From Batkoa obscura (taxonomy: Eukaryota): DNA of 38,773 bases. The stretch spans positions 1 through 38,773 of the forward strand of contig JASVEC010000162.1 of assembly GCA_030770535.1 (NCBI GenBank). Direction: 5' to 3'. Positions 10,300 to 20,667 of the stretch are shown one piece after another; positions within the stretch are counted from its first letter, which is position 1; each line of letters begins with the position of its first letter. Below the pieces are notes generated by a model. That model saw nothing but the letters and a program-made list of their open reading frames with translations. It was not told the DNA's origin and did no database searches. Position numbers and translations under genes: made by a program.

Positions 10300-11237
10300 A
10301 TGTCTGAGCGTAAAGTATTGAATAAGGTAAGTAGTATAAGTATATTCTTAGGTTCCACATTAACAAGCTTATTTAGTATTACCCACCCAATTTCGATCCA
10401 TCAATTATTCCCAAAGTAAAGAAGGTCAAAGATAGACAACATAAAGTTCGTTTAATGGCACCTTTTTCAATGCGATGTGAAAGTTGTGGGGAATATATTT
10501 ATAAAGGGAAAAAGTTCAATGCAAGAAAAGAAACTGTAAAAGGAGAAACATATTACTCAATTTTAATATTTAGATTCTTTATACGTTGTCCTAGATGTGC
10601 AGCAGAAATAACATTTAAAACAGATCCAAAAAATGCAGATTATGTTGCTGAGCATGGAGTTTCAAGAAATTTTGAACCTTGGAGAGATGAAGATCAAATC
10701 AATAAGGAGCTTTTGGAATTAAAAGAAAAGGAAGAGGAAAATAACCCGCTTAAAGCTTTAGAAAATAGAACCAAAGAAAGTAAAAGAGAAATGGAAATTA
10801 TGGAAGGTTTGGATGAAATCCGTACAAGGAATGCTCGTTTTGAGCGTATGGATGCTAGTGAACTTTTAGATAAATTAATAGAAACAAATGATTCTGATGA
10901 AGATGAAAAGATCGCTAACCAAGTTTTCAAAGCTAAGAGAGAAAGAGAAGAAGGCGAAGAAATGGATCCTAAAGAAAAGGAAGCTAAAGTTGCACAGAAT
11001 CATATCCAAGAGCTTTTAAAGAAGTCCGGTATTCAACAAAATTGGGTTCAATCCACTAAAAATAAAGAAGCTCATGAAGAGCAACCTAAAATTGCGCCAG
11101 TAGTTAAAAAAAGTAATAATGCTCCATCAAAGGGGATGAGTAAATTTGGTATTATTAAGAAAGAAGAGTCAAAAGTAGAAACAATTAAACCGATTCTCTC
11201 CTTAGTAAATGATTACTCTGATTCTGATGAGGAATAG
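10300..11237 (+). CDS. YJU2: Splicing factor YJU2/CWC16/CCDC94
   Basis: Exon 1 10300-10326 (MSERKVLNK), intron 10327-10376, then YYPPNFDPS..VRLMAPFSMRCESCGEYIYKGKKFNARKE..CPRC..FKTDPKNADY. Confidence 0.95.
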
Positions 11238-11658
11238 CGACTAGAATATTTTTATTAAATATTTAAGAGTCAGTTATATAGGTATTATCCTGTATTATTA
11301 TTACATGTTTTATTCTCTCCTACCCGACCATAAAAGATTCAGGCCTTTATTCAAATTAAATAAAGCGGTTATATTATTTTTTTCACATCATAGTGTTTTT
11401 TGAGCAGCATGTATAAATTTTATAATGTTTATACTAAATATTTTAAGCTCTAAACCATGTTTTAATAGTTTATATTATTTACTATCTACAAATAATGATG
11501 TATACAGGTAATTATTACCCCTAAAGTTGAAACTGTTACTATTTCATTATTATGATGTTTTTTATCCAATCAAAGTAAGCCAATATTACAGACAAAATGA
11601 TACGTCATGACATAAAAGTATATAAACATAATTGAAAAGTATTTGTACTTTAATTAAA

Positions 11659-13178
11659 ATGAAGTTTAGTATTTTAACTACTGCAGCTAGTTTATTATTT
11701 CAATTCACCCTTGCTTCTGAAAGTAGCAATGTAGTTGAATTGACTCCTGAAAACTTTGCTGATGTAAGACACTATATAATACAAAGAATATAACTGATAA
11801 ATTGTATTAGAAAGTACCAAAGAAACGTACTGTTCCAGCTTTAGTAGAATTTTTTGCCCCATGGTGTGGTCACTGTAAAACTTTAGCCCCAGTAATTAAT
11901 AGCTCAAATTTCATAACATTTTCAATTTACAAAATCTATTAGATCTACGAGAAGCTTGCTGACTCTTTTGCCAAACATCAAGATAAAGTTATTATTGCAA
12001 AGGTAGATGCTGATACCCATAAGGACTTGGGTAACAAATATGACATCAAAGGATATCCAACTCTTAAATGGTTCCCTGTTGGTAGTGATGAACCTGAAGA
12101 TTACGAAGGGGCCCGCGAACTTGAAGCTTTACAAGATTTTATAAAAGAAAGAACTGGTAATAGTACTGTAAATCTTCCAATTTGTGATTTAACATAAATA
12201 GGTATCAATGCTAAAAAAGAAGTCTCCCATGTTGTCACCCTTACTGCAGCCAACTTTGATAAGATCGTTTTGGATAAAAAGAAGCACGTCCTTGTTGAAT
12301 TTTATGCTCCATGGTGCGGCCATTGTAAACAATTAGGTAGTTAATATTCTTTTTTACAAACTTAATTCTTATGTTCGGTTTAGCTCCTATCTATGAGGAA
12401 GTTGGCCTTGATTTTGCTCATGAAGACGAAGTAAATTCACTAATATTATCCCCTATATTGATATTCAATATATATTTAGGTTGTTATTGCTAAACTTAAT
12501 GCCGATGCTGCTAAATCTATCGGCGAAAAGTAAATGATTGGTTTGCTTTTATTGACTTTCTAAACGCATTTTATAGATATGATATTTCCGGTTACCCTAC
12601 CATCAAATTCTTCTCCAAGGATAACAAGGATAAGCCTGAAGCATACACTGAAGGTCGTACCAGAGAAGAGTTCCTTAAATATTTAAATGAAAAAGCTGGA
12701 ACTTTCAGAGTTATTGGGGGTGGATTAAGTGAAAAAGTATTCTTATTTACTTATATTTACTATTTTGCTTATTTTGCTTATTTAGGCTGGAGTAGACGAT
12801 AAGTTTAAAGATATCCTTAAACGCTACTGGGAAGCCGGAAGTGACATCAAAGAACTCAAGAAAATATCCAAGGATGCTGCTATCATTGCTGAAAAAGAAG
12901 GAACTAAGTAAACTTCTTTTTAATTTCATTTTAATATTACTTAAACATAAATTAGGAATGCCAAATACTATGTTAAAGTCCTCAATAACATTATTGAAAA
13001 AGGGGGTGATTATGTTAAGACTGAATCTAGTCGTCTTACTAAAATGATCAAAGGTGGCAACCTTGTTCCAAAATCATTAGATGAATTCACCATCCGCAAC
13101 AATATCTTGGTGCAATTCTTATCTAATTTAGCATCCGAATCCGGAGCCCCTATTGACAATTCTAAAGATGAACTTTAA
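11659..13178 (+). CDS. Protein disulfide isomerase, ERp38/TigA type (a-a'-ERp29c); 9 exons
   Basis: Signal peptide [19 protein letters not shown], two APWCGHCK sites, GYPTLKWF and GYPTIKFF, ERp29-like tail, and KDEL-stop at 13176-13178. Introns 11764-11810, 11892-11942, 12157-12201, 12337-12383, 12431-12479, 12530-12576, 12737-12785 and 12908-12955. Confidence 0.95.
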
Positions 13179-13706
13179 TCATACTTTATTAATTAGCTTC
13201 AAATATCAAATTTTATAAAAGCAATTTAAATTTATTTTTTCTTTTCTTTTCCTATTTAATATTAACTTCATCTTTTAGTTAAATTATCTTAATTTTTAAG
13301 ACAATAAAAGCTTTACATAAAGATTATGTATATTTTTTTATCACATATAGTGTATTATCAAATAAGTGACAAGTAGTGTATATTAAAAATGACAAGTTAT
13401 TTTTATGAAGCATGATTATAAATAATACTAGTAAGGCTAATAAAAATAGAGGATACCAGAAAAGCTAAATTCAGGGAGGTCCTGTGATAATTAATTAGAA
13501 GAGAAGGATGAAAGAAATTAATAATTGTGAATAGAAAATAGTGATAATCCTTAGAGTCATAAAAAATAGTAGAAAATATAAGTAAAAGGCAAAAGTTTAA
13601 GGAGAGATCTGTATAATTTAGCTGAAAACTGATAGAATGAACTCTTTTTGGTGTAGTAGAAATTCAAAATGTTATAGAAGAGCATCAGATACAGAATTAA
13701 ACATAT

Positions 13707-13772
13707 GGGGATATGTTTTTGTATTTAAGAATTTTGCTAGCAATTTTTCCACTCAAATAAAAAAACATCACC
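13707..13772 (+). mobile_element. MITE copy B (internally deleted), abutting the autonomous element
   Basis: atat|GGGGATATGTTTTTGTATTTAAGAATTTTG..TTTCCACTCAAATAAAAAAACATCACC|atat. The right ATAT is shared with the left end of the transposon. Confidence 0.8.
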
Positions 13773-13776
13773 ATAT

Positions 13777-16240
13777 GGGGCTGTCCTAATTGGTTTCAGA
13801 ATCTACTTAGAAATTAATCCAAATTTAAAATTCCAAGTTTGTGTTCAATATAACGGTTAAATCTAAAAAGCCTAAAATTAAATGTCTCTATTTAAAACTT
13901 ATTTTAATTGTTTCCTTTTCTTAAATAGCTAATTTTCCTAACTATATATTTTATGTTAGTTCTGTTAGATATTTAACAGATATATAATATATAACTATAT
14001 GATTATATAATTATATAAATACATAATTATATAAACACAGTTATTTGACTTTATTTGACTTTATTTTTTGTTGAAATAAAAATAAAATGCAAACTTTCAT
14101 AACTAAACTTCGAAATGGAATTTTTGAAAACTTCAATACAATAGGGAGGAGTACACAATATAAACATTGTAATTCATTTACATCAATCTTAAGAGCTACT
14201 TACAACAACCCAAGGTTTATGGAATTTTATAATAAAACAAAACAAAGAAAAGATATATTATCAAAGTTTACTATCGATAATAATAAACTTAATCAAGTAA
14301 TGTATAAAATTAGTGCTTTAAGAGAAACAGGAAACAAAAATCAGCAAGTAGCGTTATTATCAACTATAGCTTCAGTATATTCTTTTGATGAATGTAAGAG
14401 TTTTGGGTTTAATATAAATAGAAATCAATATGATTATTCAAAAACAAGTAATAATAATAAAATATCAACATTAAAACCTATTATTAAAAATACAAAAAAA
14501 ATTAAAGATGACCAAATTGAAACTATCATACAATATTTACTAAATGATTCAACTATTTCATCAAGATTTAATAAAAAAAATAACGATAGTAAATATTCAT
14601 CAGATAATATATATATATTAAATAAAAGTAGAAGAATGATATATAGTAAATATTTGAATGATCTAAGAGATAAAGCAGTAGCCAGGTCAACGTTCTTTAA
14701 ATATATACCAAGTAATTTCAAAAATCCAGCAAGAAAAACGGATCTATGTAATATATGTACCCAGTATACAGTTAGAAAAAAGTTATTTGAAAATAAAATA
14801 AATACAGCAAAAAACAAAGCAGAGATAGAAGAAATTTTCAACGAAGAAGAAAAATTATACAAATTACATAAATTCTGTGTTGATACTCAAAAAAACACAT
14901 TTAATGAAACTATCAAAAAATTAAATAACAAAAGTTGTATAATAGTTTTAGATTTTAAACAAAATATGGAAATAGGGACAAGACCAGATTCAATAAATCT
15001 AGATCATTATAATAAACAAGCTATATCAGTATTAGGCTTTGGTGTATTATATTTAAAAGATGATAAAACAATAGGCAAAGTTTACTTTGATTATTTATCT
15101 GAAATATTGAATCATGATTCAGCATATGCAGGAGATTGTTTAATCGATTTAATCTCTACAGAGCTTCTATTTAAAAAGTTTACAAAAATTAATATATGGG
15201 CAGATACAGGAAATCATTTTAGATCCCAAGAGTTTCTACACTATATGTTTGAAGAAATTCATAAAATAAATAGTAGTTTGAATGTTAATCTTAATTTTTT
15301 TGCTGAGCATCATGGAAAAAGTATAGTTGATGGGCATTTTGGAAACCTTTCAAAATGGAAAAGTAGTTTTGAAGCGTTAGGTAAAATAGAAGATATCGAT
15401 CAATTAATTTCAAGATTTGAGGCTTTTATTTGTGAGCATAATAAAATTAATAACTCAACTGTTAATAATGGGAAAACAGATATAATTTTTAAAAAGTATA
15501 AAAGAAACAAAAATACAAAAAGAATAATAGAGATGCAGGGCATTAAGAAGTATTTACATTTTATTAAACATAACAATAAACTACATTGTTATCCAGTATC
15601 TGATACATCAAAAAAAAGCGATATAGTCCCAATTAAAGTTATAGAGTCTATAGAAAACAGAAAAATTAAAAGATCGATCCCAGCTTACCTTACGAAGATA
15701 ACAGAGAATTTAAAAATTTCGATATTTACTAAGCAAGTAAGTAGTTTGTTGAATGATAGAAATAGATTGTTAAATGTTAGGATTACTTAAGTTATTAATA
15801 GCTAAGTTAATAAATAGTCAAAGAACAAGTAACTGTAATAATATGTAAAAACTATTATTACTTGTACTATATAGGGATGGTCAATTATAGTTTTGGGGCT
15901 GACCACTCCCTCCCATGCAGCTATTTATTAACTTGGCAACATATTAATAATGTAATTATAACATTAAAGTAGTTTATTTATTTGATAATAAATCTACGAT
16001 GTTGGTTATAAAGCAGTTGATAATAAATATTTCTCAATTAAGCTTTATAAGAACATGTATTTAAGATCTAGTAGAAATTCAACTAACTTACAGTATGAGC
16101 TATAATAGAATGATTTAGAACTGTGTTTGGGTACTTTTGTTTTAATAAAAGATGTGATTTTATAGAATTTTAAGCGAAGTTTTTAAAATACAAATTTTTT
16201 TAAAATTGGATAAAATAATGAAACTAATTCAGACAACCCC
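13777..16240 (+). mobile_element. Full-length cut-and-paste DNA transposon, Sola-like (closest to Sola2 by motifs and GRG..CYC termini)
   Basis: Left TIR GGGGCTGTCCTAATTGGTTTCA (13777-13798) versus the reverse complement of the right end GGGGTTGTCTGAATTAGTTTCA (16240-16219): 18/22 identical. ATAT lies on both flanks and the element encloses the transposase ORF. Confidence 0.8.
14087..15790 (+). CDS. DDD transposase, Sola-like, 567 aa, uninterrupted
   Basis: Predicted triad IVLDFKQN / NIWADTGNHFR / FFAEHHGKSIVDGHFG, with upstream RSTFFKYIP..TDLCNIC..H Zn-binding motif; located between TIRs. Confidence 0.8.
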   Translation: MQTFITKLRNGIFENFNTIGRSTQYKHCNSFTSILRATYNNPRFMEFYNKTKQRKDILSKFTIDNNKLNQVMYKISALRETGNKNQQVALLSTIASVYSFDECKSFGFNINRNQYDYSKTSNNNKISTLKPIIKNTKKIKDDQIETIIQYLLNDSTISSRFNKKNNDSKYSSDNIYILNKSRRMIYSKYLNDLRDKAVARSTFFKYIPSNFKNPARKTDLCNICTQYTVRKKLFENKINTAKNKAEIEEIFNEEEKLYKLHKFCVDTQKNTFNETIKKLNNKSCIIVLDFKQNMEIGTRPDSINLDHYNKQAISVLGFGVLYLKDDKTIGKVYFDYLSEILNHDSAYAGDCLIDLISTELLFKKFTKINIWADTGNHFRSQEFLHYMFEEIHKINSSLNVNLNFFAEHHGKSIVDGHFGNLSKWKSSFEALGKIEDIDQLISRFEAFICEHNKINNSTVNNGKTDIIFKKYKRNKNTKRIIEMQGIKKYLHFIKHNNKLHCYPVSDTSKKSDIVPIKVIESIENRKIKRSIPAYLTKITENLKISIFTKQVSSLLNDRNRLLNVRIT

Positions 16241-16582
16241 ATATCTTGTTAATAAGCTGATCTACAGGAGAAGTATAGTCTAAGAGTAGAATTATTAGAA
16301 GATTATAGCAAAAAACAAAATTTTAATAAAATCTTTTAAAGAGACCTGCCTTTGAATTCAACCGTACATTAGCCCTAATCTTGGTACCAACATTAAATTT
16401 AGCCTAGCATTAACTAACTTTAACTTAACTTTATTTTAACTCCACACTAATATTAATGCCAATATTGATAGCAATTAAGATTTTTGAAATAAAGTTTATA
16501 AAATCATTTAAATGTTTTTTTGGAAAAGCAAAGCATTATAAATTTAACTAATTTAAATGCTACTTAACTTAAACAATATTTT

Positions 16583-16676
16583 GGGCTGTTTTTTTGGTTT
16601 CATTACTTTTTCCATTTTTTAGGTGCTATTTGAGCGGAAAAATTATTAGCAAAGTTATTAAGCAAAATATACCCCC
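16583..16676 (-). mobile_element. MITE copy C
   Basis: GGGCTGTTTTTTTGGTTTCATTACTTTTTCCATTTTTTAGGTGCTATTTGAGCGGAAAAA..AAAATATACCCCC; reverse orientation of the family, flanks degenerate. Confidence 0.75.
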
Positions 16677-16858
16677 GCATTTATTATTTTAGCACAAGTA
16701 TTTTATTTGTTATATTTTTGTAATATTGTATCATTACAAATTTACTTTTTACATGCAGTTATAATAAAAGGTTAATAGTTTTTTTAGAAGTCAAACTTTA
16801 TAATCGTTAATTTAAACTAACAATTGATTTAGCAGTATTATTTTACTAAAACTCATAT

Positions 16859-16956
16859 GGGGATGTTTTTTTTGGCTTCATCGCCTTTTCCATTTTTAGG
16901 CACTATTTGAGTGGAAAAAACGGTAGTAAAATTCTTAAACACGAAAATACATTTCC
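16859..16956 (-). mobile_element. MITE copy D
   Basis: atat|GGGGATGTTTTTTTTGGCTTCA..CTATTTGAGTGGAAAA..GTAAAATTCTTAAACACGAAAATACATTTCC|atag. Confidence 0.8.
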
Positions 16957-19152
16957 ATAGCGTAGTTAAGAAGTTATAACTGACGATATAAACTGTAAAG
17001 ATATAATTTATAAAAAAAATAAAAAATTGAAAGCATCATTAATTATTAATATATCAGTCTTTAGTAGACTTGTATGTTAAAATTTACAGTAATTTTAATA
17101 CAAGTATCGATTTCTTTACATCAAAGCTATAATAAAAATATAATTTGTAGATCGAAAAAATAATAAATATTATACAAATAAAGTACTAAAAGTTGCTATA
17201 CATAAATAGAACTATACAAAAGCACCTAGAGATTTAATATAAGCTGATCAAGTAAAAACTAATCCGATTTATTGAATAATATTTAGGTGTAAAAATCCAT
17301 TAATTCAGATGTTCGTTATAAGCAACCTAAAAGAGAGAAAAAGGCTTAAATTCAGGGATAAACTATAATAATAATTAATTTAAAGATTTTATAAAATAGT
17401 AAATGCTAAAAATTGGTATGGGTGTAGGTGTTTATCAAGTTTTTTTGAAAATATATAAGTTGAAAAATGAGAAATAATAACAAATAGATAAGTAAGGGAG
17501 ATTTACATCTTTTTTTTTAATTAAATATTTAATTACTAATTTAATTAAAATAATATTTTTACTCAAAATTTTTCAACGTCATTCGTTTTATTATTTAAAA
17601 ACCAAGAAAAGCTTATCCTACCTCTTACAACAGCGCGTAGTTTTTAAATACACAAAAGAAGCTAAAGGTGGTTTTTTAATAATATAAATTTTACTTTTAT
17701 TTCACTTCAAAAATAATATAATAAACTTAAATTTATCCGCTGAACACATAACATAGCTACTATTTATAGTAGCTGATTTGAATTACTAATGCTTAATTTT
17801 ACTCAAAACAATCTTTTTAATTAAATTAATTACATGGAGGGAGTGAAAATAAAATTTTATTAATGGCCGGATTTAATGCTAATATAATTAAAATAGTAAA
17901 GTCAATCAAAGAACGTAACGCTTTAGATTTCAATTGACACTAAAATATAATTAATAAACAAGGATTTCCTATTATTATTTTATCTTCAGGTTTTTTCAAT
18001 GTCATAATAAAATTTTATTTCAATTATGTTTATATAGAAATGCTGAAGTTTTCATTTTATTATTATTACAATGATTTAATTAAAAAAATAATACTTGCTT
18101 ATGATCTTAAAAATAAGTTGCTAATTTAGGGGTTATTAAAAACTTATCCCTTAAACCAGCATGATTTGACTCAATAATAGCGGATAAAAAGTTTTAGTTT
18201 ATTAGCAAACCCAATACTAACAATTACTGTAAATAAAATATAATAGGATAAAGAATAAATAGTATTTTCTATCTATTACAATAAAACCGATTATTATTTT
18301 ATTTGTCTCTAAGCTTAACATAGTTTAAAAAGGTATAAGCTTACATAAAGTGGTAAACTAGAATGTTTAATTTATGCTTTAATAGGACAAATGGAACAGC
18401 AATGAGCAACTCTTTTAAAGGTTAGCTAGACTTAATTGCTTTAGCAAAACTTTTAATTCAAATTTAAGTATATTTAACTTGATTTAGTTGCTATTTTGTT
18501 TTGGATTTTAAATTTTAGAAGCCCCTTATCTTATTACAGTCAAGGAAAATAGATTTTTTAAAAATGTTAATCATAATTGTTATACTTTTCTAAATTGGCT
18601 TTAATCCCCTCCAATTTCCTTTTGTTTAAGGTACAATTTCTTACCTTAAATCCCTTAACTTGGGGAAATTGTTTAAATTATCCTTCAATAAAGTTTCTAG
18701 TAATCAGGGCAATTCAAATATCAGCTCAAGTTGATTTGTTACCATTTTACATAATTTTTCAAAAAAGACCACTTAAACCATATCAAGCGATCTACTAGCC
18801 AATCAAGTGAAAATTATAGCTAAAATTAAGCAATTTAACTTACCCCATCTTAAACAATTTTACAAACTAAGTTAAATAAAATCATTATTCAACTATAAAT
18901 AAATGATAAAGTATAAATAAAGATCATTGAAATTAAAAAGGTGATCTCTTCTTTATACTATAATATCTTTTATTTACCTTACGAATTTTATTCTATTATA
19001 AAATTTATTATTATCTTTTGCTAATTTATTATAATATCCCAAACAATCACAAATTAAAGTATAATAGAATACACTTATTAATTTGAATTATTATTATTAT
19101 CAATCATATATAAACCTTACTTTATTCATTATAACAAGTTGATTTGTATTAA

Positions 19153-20667
19153 ATGTATAGTATAAATTCTACCATACCAAATGACAATCGTAACGGATAT
19201 CAATTAATGAACTCAACAAATCAACAACATATGATGATACCTAACAATATGAATCAATATGCTCATATGAATCAAGGGTATGAAAGAATATCAACTTCAA
19301 GTAATAATGGAACTGAACAAGGTAGTAGCTATAAGAATGATGTTAACTTTTATCATCAATCTAGTGGGGATTATAATAATGAAGCTTATGGATATAATAA
19401 AATGAATCAAAATGAGTATATGATCGATAGTTTTGATAAGTCCAATTTATATAACTCAAAGCAATTTAATTTTCATCAAATGTACCCCCCAAATCCTTCA
19501 AATACTACTAACAATGATTTATCATTAAACTCCATGTATCAAAATGATAATAGAAATTTATCAAGCAGTATCTCTAATACAATTCATCCATCAAAACATA
19601 TTCATGAGGAACTTGAGCCTATTAAAAAAGAAGTTAAAATGGAAATGGTACCTTTTTCATTAGCTTCAATGGACTATCAAAAACATTTACCTCAAAGTGA
19701 GTTATCTCTTATGGATCGTTTCTATCATACAAATGAAAACATAATCGCTACTACTAATTCCATTCCAAATAATCCTATTGAACCTTCAACTCAATCCAAC
19801 ACAGAATTTTCTAATTATGCCAGGCTTGATAGTATGGACTTTAATTTAATGACAAGACCTATCAGTTCTCATCAATATCCACCTATTATGTACTCTGATT
19901 CTAACCCAACCATTCAAGATAGTATGATTTTAGCTAGCGATAATAATCACAATGCTATAATAGACGATGAATTAAATCAAACCCATCGTCGTCAACGATA
20001 TCAATTAGATCAAGTACTTCCTATGGTAATTAATGGACCAAGACCTTATTCACCTTCAAATTCTAACTCTGCTAATTCTACTTCCAATTTGCCACCCAAA
20101 GGTAGCTTTTTGACCTTTACTCAACATGCGCCTAAGCTTTTACAATTTGGAAACAATATGAGCATGGAGATGGATTTAAACAATACTGACAATAGAAATT
20201 CCATGTCTAGAATCAACAACCGCTTAGGGCCTTTAGTTTCTAGTCAATCTATTCGTATCCCTTCCCATCTCTTATTAACCCAAGACCAAAGAGAATGTCT
20301 TGAAAAGATTCAAGTAATCAAACGTGTGTTTGACGCAGATGATATGGAACTATCACACCAATTTCTAGTTCAATTTGAATTGACTTTAGAACAACTTGGT
20401 CAACCTTTAAATAAATGGAAAACACGTAACACTAGACGTAGGAAAAACGCAGTCACACATCTGTACCAATGTTGCTGCGGATCAGACGTTAAACAGTTCC
20501 ATGGCACTAAAGGTACTCGTAGATCTAAACAAAAATACCCATTTGTGGCTTGTTTAGCATTCGCTGAAGTTGCTAGAAGAACTTGTGATGGTGCTTTGCT
20601 TTGGGTAAGAGGTCTCTTGAACCATTCACCAGAATGTACCCGGGTTAAACCATTTAGCGCGCAGTGA
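19153..20667 (+). CDS. Putative transcription factor: long N/Q/S/M-rich low-complexity region plus a C-terminal Cys/His domain resembling WRKY/GCM1-FAR1 (MULE-type) Zn fingers
   Basis: 504-aa intronless ORF ending ..KWKTRNTRRRK..YQCCCGSD..RRSKQKYPFVACLAFAEV..VRGLLNHSPEC. The ORF is well supported; the function is inference. Confidence 0.7.
   Translation: MYSINSTIPNDNRNGYQLMNSTNQQHMMIPNNMNQYAHMNQGYERISTSSNNGTEQGSSYKNDVNFYHQSSGDYNNEAYGYNKMNQNEYMIDSFDKSNLYNSKQFNFHQMYPPNPSNTTNNDLSLNSMYQNDNRNLSSSISNTIHPSKHIHEELEPIKKEVKMEMVPFSLASMDYQKHLPQSELSLMDRFYHTNENIIATTNSIPNNPIEPSTQSNTEFSNYARLDSMDFNLMTRPISSHQYPPIMYSDSNPTIQDSMILASDNNHNAIIDDELNQTHRRQRYQLDQVLPMVINGPRPYSPSNSNSANSTSNLPPKGSFLTFTQHAPKLLQFGNNMSMEMDLNNTDNRNSMSRINNRLGPLVSSQSIRIPSHLLLTQDQRECLEKIQVIKRVFDADDMELSHQFLVQFELTLEQLGQPLNKWKTRNTRRRKNAVTHLYQCCCGSDVKQFHGTKGTRRSKQKYPFVACLAFAEVARRTCDGALLWVRGLLNHSPECTRVKPFSAQ

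Noticed and set aside
4433..13178. Herp-like, NTPDase and PDI genes as an ER quality-control gene cluster
   Set aside because: Interrupted by YJU2, mixed orientation and no shared motif seen; adjacency is plausibly chance without synteny data.
14434..14862. 142-aa hydrophobic minus-strand ORF
   Set aside because: Antisense of the K/N-rich transposase. The same applies to 10694..10930, 26107..26388, 28311..28688, 36429..36611 and 37251..37538.
15790..16240. Possible Fanzor/TnpB cargo or guide RNA in the transposon 3' arm
   Set aside because: Only about 450 bp, with no ORF and no RuvC motifs; no nuclease gene anywhere in the window.
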